Source of the DNA: Lingula anatina
Taxonomy: Eukaryota > Animalia > Brachiopoda
NCBI GenBank assembly: GCA_051362555.1
Contig: CM120641.1
Coordinates: forward strand, 46,506,401-46,570,400
DNA length: 64,000 nucleotides
Direction of reading: 5' to 3'
A program made the position numbers and the translations under genes. Each line of letters opens with the position of its first letter. Position 1 is the first letter of the stretch. The notes under the pieces are model-generated. The model worked only from the letters and a program-made list of their open reading frames with translations. It searched no databases and was not told the origin of the DNA. This document shows positions 51,380 through 62,643 of this stretch, piece by piece.

Positions 51380-52733
51380 ATGTTTTCCCTGTGTATTGCC
51401 ACCGTTGCTGTGTTGGTCTCTCCCAGCCTTGTCCACGCCCAGGAGACAGGCACCGGTGAGTGTTTGTGTTTATTGAAATTTTCATTCTTTTTTCGGAAGA
51501 TGATACCTCTTGCTACAGTCCACACTTCTGTCATAAAAATCCACCACAAAAACTGTATTTTAGGTTGAAATATAACTTTTATCTTATAAAAGTACAGTTG
51601 CTACATACTAAAACCAACTGAGACTGTCCAACTCTCAAAATTACCCAAAATTAACAATGAAGTACACTAAAATTTAGATGATTTCATTATTTTAAGAACC
51701 TAGTATGATGTTTAATTATATAGATTTCAAAAGAAAACCCGATGTATGGCTTGTGTTTACGGGTACGTTTTAAATAATCGGTTAGTGAGATTTTCGTAGA
51801 ACATCTAGCCTGTTTTTTATGCTTATCAAGTATCCGAAAACACAAAATAACATTTATTGAATTTAAAAACATCTCTGCTACGTTCGTCTCAAAAGGAAAG
51901 AAATAATTTAATCAATGCTGGAAAATATGAAGCATGAATCTGTTTGTTAAGCGGCATAATTTTCAGATTTAAATGTTGAATATTGATTATGATATATGAA
52001 AATAAAACACATAAAAGAAAATGATTGGCCTTTATTTCCCCACTGATATAAAAAAGCTTGACATTCAAACATATTCAAGCTCAAAAATAAACTAGATCTT
52101 GATAATTATTTATTTACTTTATTTAATTGCAGTTGTGCGTCTTCGTTCCCAAAATTATCCCGATTATACTTGGGGACTCCATCCTAACGGCGACGCATAC
52201 ATCAAGCAAGGCTTCAGTGGAAATGTTTTCCATATTGTCCCCGGGTTAACAGGACAACCAGGTACAGTGTCTTTCAACTCCGTGGACTACCCGTGCTCCT
52301 ATCTCCGACACTATGGCTTCTTCGTGAATCTCGAAAGTTCAAAGAACCCAAGGAACGCTCACATTTTCGACAAGGACGCCACGTTCTACCCTCGACCTGA
52401 CAAATTTCTTCAAGGATACACGGCCTACGAGTCGGTGAACTACCCTGGGCACTTCATCCGCCATGCTGGCTACAGACTGCAGATACGTAGAGACGACGGC
52501 TCTCTCCTGTTTAAGAAAGATGCCAGTTTCAAAGCTGAGCCAATTGGTACGTAGACAGTTAGTTATTTACAACTGAACATGGAACGAATTTTGTTGATCT
52601 TCTGCGAAGTTGATGTGGTGCGCCCAATCAGCGTTTTGTCTGTGAAACAAGATGGTATAGATGAAAGGAGAGATCTAAAATACCGTAATTTGTTGTCAAA
52701 ATTCATGCGAAAGGGCATTTTTAATTAGAGACC

Positions 52734-52776
<43 letters not shown>

Positions 52777-52880
52777 GTGTGTGTGTGTTTGCTATTGTTT
52801 TACATGCATATATTTTCGGGAAGAAATTACAAAAAATAATTCTTATAATTTCAGAATTGCTGGAAAGATGTGGCAGTTAA
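51380..52880 (+). CDS. AbfB/CBM42-like protein copy 4 (171 aa). Exons 51380-51455, 52133-52546, 52855-52880
   Basis: 76+414+26 nt exons, intact, ending ELLERCGS*. Confidence 0.88.
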
Positions 52881-54529
52881 ATTCCAAATAGCCATATGGC
52901 AAGGGCAGAGACGTTTGATACACGACCAAATAAAATTCCATATTTGGTGAAATTATGTATTTATGGAATAAAATAGTGTATTAAACATTTTATTGAACAA
53001 TTATTTTTGGATACTTTTTTATTCAATAAACTAACGATCTTTTAAAACTGTTGAAATGGAACAGTGATCAGTATAGGGCTTGGCACGGTTCTTGTGTAAA
53101 AGATACATTTAAACATTCTAAATTCACTATTTTCCTTGTAACATAGCAAAACACACGTGAATTCACACTCTATTAGCACGTGACGTCACTTTCGCCAGAC
53201 CGTCGTTTCTTTTACCAGCTGAGAAAACGCTACATCAAGCCATGCAAGTAAACAATGAATGTTTCACGTAGGCGCGGTCTCTAACAAACAAATTTGGTTT
53301 GTTTTACATGCTATTTTTGAGCAAGTGAATCTTATAGTGTATTAGGATTTATACCTACATATATCTAAAAAATTGCGGAAACTAAAATATAGTCTGTCTG
53401 AACAGTAATTCTATTAGATTTTTGTAATCCAACACAATAAGATCTTTGTATTGTTCTATCCCCATTTATAGTATGAGGAACCATATCAATATTAAAACTT
53501 GAAAATTTGTCCCATTTCACGGTGTGCTAGTTGTGGTAGGTAATATTTGCTGTGTTAGATGGGCTCCATTTTGATTGCACTGGCCTGCAACCATATTTAT
53601 TTTTAAATATATCACAAAACTTTTAAGAAAAGTATGCCAATGGATATTAAAGAATAACCGAGGCATCCTATTTCCCCACACAACCACCACGGTTCGACGC
53701 TTTTGGATATGCAAATAATAGTTTTTACACACAAGTCGTCTAATTCGGAAAGAAGTGCATTAAATTAATTCAAATTAATATACATGTATATCTTTACCTT
53801 ACATACTTATCCCCCAATATTATAATCAATACAAAACGGTTTTTTAATGATATATGCTTCTCAAAATTTGCGTGGAATCAGATATGGCAGCTGTAAGTGA
53901 CCCTTTACCAGGGTGGCAGATTATAAAGGGGAAAAACCAGAGATACATGTAGTAAAATGACCGTCTATTTATCTAATGACATATCTGTGAATATCCTGTG
54001 AAAAGTCAACCTGTGGCCCTGGTAGAGGGTAGCTTTAAGTATCTTTTCGAAAATCGAGGAGACATTCTGACATGTATTTGGTTTTTTTTCTTTTTTTCAC
54101 ACCTGACAGGATGGAGAATACTTTGTGTGTGGGGGGAATAGCTCTTGTAAAGTACTTGTCTAAAATACCTGTATAACACGTACTATGAATATTGGTCTTT
54201 CATTAAACATGTTGCCATAGCAACTAAGTTTACATGGTTAACCATCACTCTGTCCATCACAGAAAAGGGGGGTGGAAGCCCGTCAAGGTTTAACATTAAA
54301 CGTCTTCTGCTCCTCTGCGCAACATAATGTTAAGTCTTTATACTTAAAGCGTTAAGAATAAGACAAACACCATTTCCTTAGTTTCCGCATTTAATATCGA
54401 GTTACTAGCATTTTAAAATTACTCAAGCATGAAAAGTATTAATTGTCCTCAAATGTCTCCATATTTCACTGAATGCGGCATTTTATTTGGGCGTATACCA
54501 AACGTCTTTGTCTTTGGGATAGTAAAGGC

Positions 54530-55834
54530 TTAAATGTGGCACCTTTCCAGTAAATCTGAAAACAAAAAAAATGCTTTTCGTAATTATCTCTGTAAGCACC
54601 AAGCAAACACAAAGAGAAAAACATAGAGAGAGAAAAAAAGGGAGAAAAGGCCACGGTGGGCAAAAAAATTCATACACACAAAAGATTATCAACTACACAG
54701 AATATCAACAAAATTCGTTACATGTTCAGTTGTAAGTAGCTAACTGTCTACGTACCAATTATCTCAGGTTTGAAACTGGCATCCCTCTTAAACAGGAGAG
54801 AGCCGTCGTCTCTACGTATCTGCAGTCGGTAGCCAGCATGGCGGATGAAGTACCCAGGGTAGTTTACCGACTCGTAGGCCGTATACCCTGGGATAAATCT
54901 GTTAGGTCGAGGGTAGAACGTGGCGTCCTTGTCGAAGATGTGAGCGTTCCTTGGGTTCTTTGAACTTTCAAGGTTAACAAAATATCCATAGTGCCGGAGA
55001 TAGGAGCACGGGTAGTCCACTGAGTTGAAGGACACTGTACCTGGTTGTCCGGTTAACCCTGGGACAATATTGAAAACATTTCCGCTGAATCCTTGTTTGA
55101 TGTATGCGTCGCCGTTAGGATGAAGCCCCCAAGTATAATCGGGATAATTTTGGGAACGAAGACGCACAACTGAAATTTGATAAAGCACACACGACATTAT
55201 ATTTTATTTTTCCAGCTTAAGAACTTTTTTATCTGTTTGAATATAAGTGGGAAATAATGGACAAATATCAGTCTTGTAATTAAAGGTACTACTGTTTTAT
55301 TTTGATCATTTAAACTTGGAAGTAAAATGTTGCATTCTAATATCAAACAGCAGGATCCACAAAATGTGACAGAATAGCCATTTACAGAAAAACTTAATTC
55401 ATATATATATCAAGGATTATCTGATCTTTTCTTTAAAATTTCAATGAAATTCGTGTGATTACCTTTAACAGATGATTTTCTATGTATTAATTTTAGCGTC
55501 TCCAATATTTGATGAAACATAAAATTCATGCTACTTTGTGCAAGGTAACTTTTAGAATTTTAACGAATTGTCACAATACTCAAGCCACAAACCTTAATTA
55601 TATCTATATTAAATCCATATAATAGATTCCAAATATACATATATGGCAATTTGAGATCTTGTTTTGATTTTTGGCAACTGTGCTGATATAAGAATTGTAT
55701 AACATAAATAATCTGACTGAAAATTTAACTTCAAAAAAGCCTATCATTCATTATTATGAATACTTACCGCTCCGCTGGGCAGGAACGAGAGGGAAGAACA
55801 ACACAACAGCGGCGGCAATACACAGGGAAAACAT
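54530..55834 (-). CDS. AbfB/CBM42-like protein copy 5 (168 aa). Exons 55834-55768, 55169-54756, 54555-54530
   Basis: MFSLCIAAAVVLFFPLVPAQRS signal exon, 414-nt domain exon, DLLERCHI* exon. Confidence 0.88.
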
Positions 55835-56810
55835 CTTCAGTTATTCCTTCAAGAACAATAAAAATCGATTTTCATATGTAAAAAAAAATATTCATCTAAA
55901 ATCTCATGAATCCAATCAAAAGTGTACAAGTGTACAAAAGGCATGATGGAACCAAATGTTAAATAATAAAAACGAACATGAATTCCTTTTTATTTTCATT
56001 TTTACTATAAAAAGTACACACACAATATTTCTACAAAATAAACCAATTAAAAGTTGGTATCATTTTATTTTAGTTTGTTTGTCATCATCTCAAATATTAA
56101 ATGTCTTTAAAAATCTTACTTGCAATGATTCTCATCTTAATGTAATTTTTTCTAAAAGCCAAAACTTTAAAAAGATAAAAATTATAATAATAATATTAAT
56201 ATGATTAATGTAAATAGATTTTCTTAGTTTCTACATCTTAACAAATCCATTTGAGTTCGGGGCATTAAAAAAATTACACGTCTTAGAAACCGAAGGCCTA
56301 CCTGTTAACGTAGTTTGGTCAGTAAGATATCACAAATGTTTTAAAAGTCTTGCTTTTTGTCGACCAGACGAGGAAAAGTTGACTGCGTCAACCAAATTTT
56401 CAAGTTCTTATTTATAGGTCTACCAAACTCGTAGGCCTGTACAAAATATTCATAATTAAGATTCACGTTCCACGTCGTACCGCTTTAAATTACTTGTTAT
56501 GTCACGATCATCATGCAAAATAGCCTGTCTATGCAAGTGCGGTTTTTCTTTCCTCAAACTTTGCAAGCCATAAATTATTTCGTAACATCTGCAGTCTGAA
56601 AACAAAAACATTGCTTTGTTAAAACATTTAAAAGCGCCATAGGCCAAAATTCATCTTTTATGTGCGAAAATTTCCTCCCATTGATCACGATTAATCAGAA
56701 TTGTGTTCTATTAAAAGGAATAATCTATGGATTTTAAATGAAAATCTTGTATTAATGGCGATAAAAACCATCGCCCAAACAACACCGTGTAGGTAAATCG
56801 TGACAAGATA

Positions 56811-57096
56811 CAGGGGCGGATCCAGGATTATTTGAAAAGGGGGGGGAGCAGATGCAAAGCCGACCCATACCCCCCCCTCCCTTGGCGTGGGGTTTGGGGT
56901 CCGCTGAAGGGCTTCGTAAAACGTTGGTAGTTTAGAGGGCGAACGGTGTTATTTGGTACAATTTAAAACTATGATTCATGATCAGCTGCTAGTTAAAATT
57001 CTAATTTCAAAAGAGGAACATTGGTGTGATTTTTTTTTAGAAATCGAAGGGGGGGGGGGGGGGCAGGACACCCGTGACACCCGACCTAAATCCACC
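56811..57096. mobile_element. Probable MITE
   Basis: caggggcggatccagg ... cctaaatccacc with G/C runs; not present in the paralogous stretch ~49785-49835; similar end at ~31042. Confidence 0.6.
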
Positions 57097-57567
57097 AAAA
57101 ATGACAATAATCATTGTGATGAAAGTTGTCACTTGCTGCCAATAGTGATGACAAATTTTTACTTATATATTTAAAAAATTGAGCATTCCGTATATGGGGT
57201 ATAATAAACCTACTCTTTAGAGAATAAAAAAGTGTGAGTTAATATAGAGGTAAGGGGGGCTTTACTAGGATGCCAAGTGGATAGCGACTATTATTGTAAA
57301 TATTGATTCAATATTACAACCTGTTGTTTTTACTTAACAACAACAACAACAACAACACACACACACACACACACACACACCAAATTTGACCGTTGAGCAG
57401 CAATACGTGTAACGAGAACAGGACCGCCTCCATGGCCTAGGCATTCAGATGAATCTTACCTTAGACCACCTTTACTCTGGAGTGCGTCCTTTCGGCGTCC
57501 CGTAGTAGTTTGGGACTAAAAAACATAATAATAATACTTTACGTGTCGACAACTGGCCGATCATTGA

Positions 57568-57710
57568 GGGGGGCGTCTCGATAGTCCGAAGGTTCATTGG
57601 TCCGAAGGTTCATTGGTCCGAAAAACGGTAACATTTTCATCGGTTTTTTAATCAAGGGTTCATTGGTCCGAAGATTCTGTAGTGAACTTTCGGACCAATG
57701 AACCTTCGGT
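57568..57710. repeat. 17-bp ggttcattggtccgaa(g) motif in direct and inverted copies (likely a DNA-transposon end)
   Basis: Copies at ~57591, ~57608 and ~57657; reverse complement at ~57689-57709. Confidence 0.65.
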
Positions 57711-58139
57711 GTTTTTACCTCCTTTCTACGACCACAGCGATTTATAATCGCTCTTACACATGGCTCTGTCGATGGGAAAACTGGTTGAATTGACAGTGTG
57801 TGAGTTGAAGAGATGAAGAAATGTGCCATTAATTAACAAGAGACATATATGCGAGTATCTCGTAAAAAATCAATCTGTTGCACTGGTAGAGGGTATACCA
57901 TTTACAGTTTTTGTGCCGTTTGTTTAAAATGTTTTCACAAATATTATTCCAATGCTTTACGGTGATTTTTTGTGGTTTTAAAAATGTATTAAATAGCACT
58001 TAAACTAACATTACTGAAAACGTTTTAAACGTTATAATGTATCCAGAAAACGCTAATAATTATGGAAATTTCATCTTCATGTTTTCGTAAGTTTTTTTAA
58101 TAACGTTATTTTATGTGGTATATAGGGTATTTAAAATAT

Positions 58140-58500
58140 ATTATTCTGTGTACTTGACATGTTGCGCCCAATCAACGCTTTGCTTGAGAAACAAATGGTA
58201 TAAATGGAATGAGACATTTAAAACATTGTTTGTCATCAAAATTCATGCGATAGGACATTTACTTGCTTGATTGGACATTTACTGCGTCTCGCTCTCAGGT
58301 GCGCATGCGCGCGTGTTTATGCATGCATATACTTACAGGAAGAAATTACCAAAAACATTATAATAGTATTTTCAGATTCGCTGGAAATATGTCGCAGTTA
58401 AATTCCTACTCGACTTTTACCGAAAGCAGAGGCGTTTGATACACGTCCAAAAAAATTACATATTCAGTGAAATTATTTATGGAATAAAATTTGTATATGA
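58140..58500 (+). pseudogene. Orphan last intron, last exon (DSLEICRS*, 58376-58401) and 3' UTR of a deleted AbfB-like gene
   Basis: Paralogous to 50190-50378 and to the 3' ends of the plus-strand copies, including AATAAA at ~58483. Confidence 0.75.
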
Positions 58501-60978
58501 TTTGTGATTATGATTATTCATAAAATGTGTATGATATTATTCATAAAAGAATTATTTTTTGATATTTGATAAGAAAAGTCTAATGGACTTCGGTTTCTAA
58601 ATAAGACTTTCTAAATAAGACTCATTAGTACTTTTGATGCTTTTGTAATTTCAAAATAACCTGATAATAAATGCAAAAATTTGGGCAAGGCGTATAGATG
58701 ATTTTCATATATGATCTCAAACGCACTTCCCCACTTTTTTTTGTAAAAATGTAGTTCTCAAAAACAAAACCATATGGCTGAAAATTTTTATTTTCTTTTA
58801 TTAGAATTACATATAGCCTACACAACCTTTAGAATTTCGAACTTTAATTTTCTTGTTTCTTATTCAACAATTTCAAAAACATTTTTTGAAATCATACTCT
58901 TTTTGCTATCATGACGTTGCTTTTGTCTGAACATCATGTTTCTTTGCTCAGACAACAACGCTAGATCACACCCTCTAAGCAAGCAACCGCAGAATGTTTT
59001 AAGCAACTTTTGAGGTACATGTAATTTTAACGTGCTATTTATGTGTTATCACATTTTAGTTTGGAACCCAATTTGACCAACTTTGAACACTTCATGTGAG
59101 TTCACATCAAATATGAAATGTTCCTACCAATGCATCGTTAAGTTTTGTGCAGAAAATAAACAAAGAAAAATATCTGTCCTAAAATCCCCAAGACTTAACA
59201 GTAACTTTGCCACTAACTAAGACAACATACAAGGCCTACACAGTGAATGTTTCGAAAATGAAGTTAGCACTTCGTGACATAGGGAATTTTAGGCCATATT
59301 TATAAATTTATTCTTGATACAAATGGAGTCAAAGTGGTGATTGAGAGAAAATGTATTTAAATATCACATCAAAGTGGTGATTGAGAAAACATGTATTTAA
59401 ATATCACATCAAAGTAAAGGAACTGCCAACACAAACAAAGCATTGGCATAAATATATTTAAATAAATAACACGTTTGAGTATAGGCCTATATCAAGTTTT
59501 CCTTTCCAATGCAATTTCAACTGTCATTTAATACTGTTGACTTGCACACCATTTCAGTAAGTCATTTTAATAATATTATATAGCAATATTATGTTAAAAT
59601 TCAACTTGCAAATTTTCTACCTTCGGATTACCACATTTTGATAAAAACAGTTTAATACATTTTAACTAAACAAATGCATTTTGAAACAAACCAACAGGAT
59701 ATGGTCGTTCTCTTGCAGGTTCAGGATCCTCAATTAACTTTTTAACTAATTCTTCTGATACTCCATTACTATTTTGGCAGACTAGATTTTTACCATGATT
59801 AGGCCTACGTCCTGTATCATAATGTCTAAATGTTATTGGAACAGATGACCCTTCGGCGTGATCTTTTTCATGTAAATCACATTCATTTCTGACGGCAAAT
59901 GTCTTGTAACAAAACCCACACTTGAACAGTTTATCTTCTCTTTTAATTATTTCATAATCACCATGCTCATTCTTTATATAATAAAATAGAGTATTTTATT
60001 GTCTCTATGGAGGTATATGGGGACTTTACGACATTCGGCTTGAAGGCTTTAACCACTTGTTATAGTTTATTTTTGCATTGTATTGGATTAATGTGGCAGT
60101 CCAAGGTTGTCCCAGGTGGTTTTCAAGTTTATGCACCCGGTTTAATATCATTTAGCGATTTTACGACAATCGTTTACTATCCAATCAAGGTGACAGCCGA
60201 GCGTGTCCACACTAGTGGCATGATTCAAACTAAATAAAATAGCATGTATTTGATTATTTTTACTAAAAACTTTAAAAATACAGTTGTTCTTTGACTTCTT
60301 AATGATAAGCAAATACAGCACACCTGCGTAATGACGTCATCAATTTATGAGCTCAACTTTTGTGTAAAATCCAGCTTTGGGTCTTGGATGAGCGTCATTG
60401 TTGTCTTGGGGTCACATCCAAATAATAAGCACTATCTTTAATGAATCTGAGTCTTTTTGCCTCCAAAATGTAAGGTGGACCTGCAGTGCAAGCCATCTGA
60501 CAGAAGATATTTACATAGTGGTGCCCAAGGAGTGAAACCATGCCTGCACAGTGATAGATCAATTGATAAAAAAGCAACAAAGTTATTTCGTTCACGTACG
60601 GAGCATTTGGAAAGCAAAGAACATCAGGACAGTGGTGAGATATTTACTTCAAGAAGAAGATTTTGTTTTCATAAAAAAATATGCAATAGAGATCAACAAC
60701 CAACATAAGTGTTAGTGTTGTGATTAAATTATATTTATAGTGTTGTTCATGAATGAATTAGTTCACACATTGATGTTCTGAGGCCAGATGTGTAGTAAAA
60801 TTGTGTTCTCACATCATGAAGAAGTTCACAAAGATGAAAAATGCCCATGCTGTGAAACAGTTTAATACTGGAAAGGAAAAAGTACTAGTAGTGATAACCA
60901 TGGAAGAACTCATATATCCGTCAATCAAAGGTAACAAATAATTACCTAGTTAATTTATTGGTTGGAATTGTTAAAATC

Positions 60979-62643
60979 ATGAAAGAATTCAAATGCCAGT
61001 ACTGTGGTAAGACATTTAACATTAAACAAAATTGCATTGTTCATGAAAGAATTCACACTGGAGAGAAACCTTACAAATGCCAGTATTGTGACAAGGCATT
61101 TGCTAAACCATGTGATTTTGTCAATCATGAAAGAATTCACACTGGAGAGAAACCATACAAATGCCAGTATTGTAATAAGGCATTTAGTAAAAAATGCAAT
61201 TGCAATGTTCATGAAAAAAATCACTCAGAAGAGAAACCCTTCAAATGCCAGTTCTGTGATAAGAAATTTATTCAGCAACGGGATTACATTCGTCATGAAA
61301 GAATTCACACTGGAGAGAAAACATACAAATGCCAGTACTGTGATAAGACATTTATTCGAAAAGATCACTGCAGTGTTCATGAAAAAATTCACACTGGAGA
61401 GAAACCATATGAATGCCAGTACTGTAATAAGGCATTTATCATAAAACAGAATTGTATTGTTCATGAAAGAGTTCACACTGGAGAGAAACCATACGAATGC
61501 CAATATTGTGATCAGAAGTTTACTCAACAATGGGATTGTGTCATTCATGAAAGGATTCACACTGGAGGGAAACCATACAAATGCCAACACTGTGATAAGG
61601 CATTTAATAGAAAACACAATTGCATTGTTCATGAAAAAAGTCACACCGGAGAGAAACCATACAAATGCCAATATTGTGATAAGAAGTTTACGCAACAATG
61701 CAATTGTGTCATTCATGAAAGGATTCACACTGGAGAGAAACCATACAAATGCCAGTATTGTAATAAGACATATAACAGAAAATACAGTTGCATTGTTCAT
61801 GAAAAAAATCACACTGGAGAGAAACCATACAAATGCCAATATTGTGATATGAAGTTTACGCGACAGTGCGATTGTGTCATTCATGAAAGGATTCACACTG
61901 GAGAGAAACCATACAAATGCCAGTATTGTAATAAGGCATTTAACAGAAAATACAGTTGCATTGTTCATGAAAAAAGTCACACTGGAGAGAATCTCTACAA
62001 ATGTAAGTTCTGCGACAAGAAATTTACCCAAAAAGATTACTGCAATGTTCATGAAAAAATTCACTTGGGAGAAAAAACTTACAAATGCAAGCATTGTAAT
62101 AAGGCATTTAATAAAAAACAAAAGTGCGTTCAACATGAAAAAAGTCACACTGTAAAGAAACTTTACAAATGTCAATACTGCCATAAGAAATTTTCTGTGA
62201 ACAGTGATTGTGTTGATCATGAAAAGATTCACACTGATGAAAAACCATATAAATGCCAATATTGTAATAAGACATTTGTAAGAGAACAGTATTTCATTCA
62301 ACATGAAAGTATTCACGCTGACAAATTATCTATAATGAATAATTGTGTAAATCATGAAGTTTTTCACTGTGAAAAGAAACCATACAAGTGTAAGTTGTGC
62401 TACAAGGCGTTTGTCAGCAGAAATGAATTCGATCTACATGAAAAAGATCACAATGATGTGACGTCTGTTTCAGGAGAACATGCCAGTGGACAGTATGATA
62501 CAGAAATCTGTCATGGTACAAATATTGTCTGCCAGGATAGAAATGGGGTCAAACAGGAATTGGTTAAAAAGGAAATTGAGGATTACGCTCCTGTAAGAGA
62601 GCAACCATATCCTGTTGCTTTGTTTAAAAATGCATTTGCTTAG
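60979..62643 (+). CDS. Tandem C2H2 zinc-finger protein (17 fingers, 554 aa from the first ATG; true start uncertain)
   Basis: Repeated CxxC-x12-H-x3-H with TGEKPY linkers; AATAAA at ~62891; decayed finger-like sequence upstream. Confidence 0.9.
   Translation: MKEFKCQYCGKTFNIKQNCIVHERIHTGEKPYKCQYCDKAFAKPCDFVNHERIHTGEKPYKCQYCNKAFSKKCNCNVHEKNHSEEKPFKCQFCDKKFIQQRDYIRHERIHTGEKTYKCQYCDKTFIRKDHCSVHEKIHTGEKPYECQYCNKAFIIKQNCIVHERVHTGEKPYECQYCDQKFTQQWDCVIHERIHTGGKPYKCQHCDKAFNRKHNCIVHEKSHTGEKPYKCQYCDKKFTQQCNCVIHERIHTGEKPYKCQYCNKTYNRKYSCIVHEKNHTGEKPYKCQYCDMKFTRQCDCVIHERIHTGEKPYKCQYCNKAFNRKYSCIVHEKSHTGENLYKCKFCDKKFTQKDYCNVHEKIHLGEKTYKCKHCNKAFNKKQKCVQHEKSHTVKKLYKCQYCHKKFSVNSDCVDHEKIHTDEKPYKCQYCNKTFVREQYFIQHESIHADKLSIMNNCVNHEVFHCEKKPYKCKLCYKAFVSRNEFDLHEKDHNDVTSVSGEHASGQYDTEICHGTNIVCQDRNGVKQELVKKEIEDYAPVREQPYPVALFKNAFA

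Larger units (their letters stand above)
21930..58500. repeat. Segmental tandem duplication: unit 1 ~21930-33880, unit 2 ~34330-50380, unit 3 (no lipocalin) ~50385-58500
   Basis: Collinear, alignable introns and intergenic DNA: lipocalin(+), AbfB(+), AbfB(-), orphan exon. Confidence 0.9.

Noticed and set aside
61000-62300. Regular repeat-like spacing resembling a CRISPR array
   Set aside because: The constant part encodes the HTGEKPYKC linker in an open frame; eukaryotic context and no cas genes.
61004-62316. Long antisense (363 aa) and off-frame ORFs over the zinc-finger gene
   Set aside because: Typical shadows of the 84-bp finger repeat; no independent coding signal.
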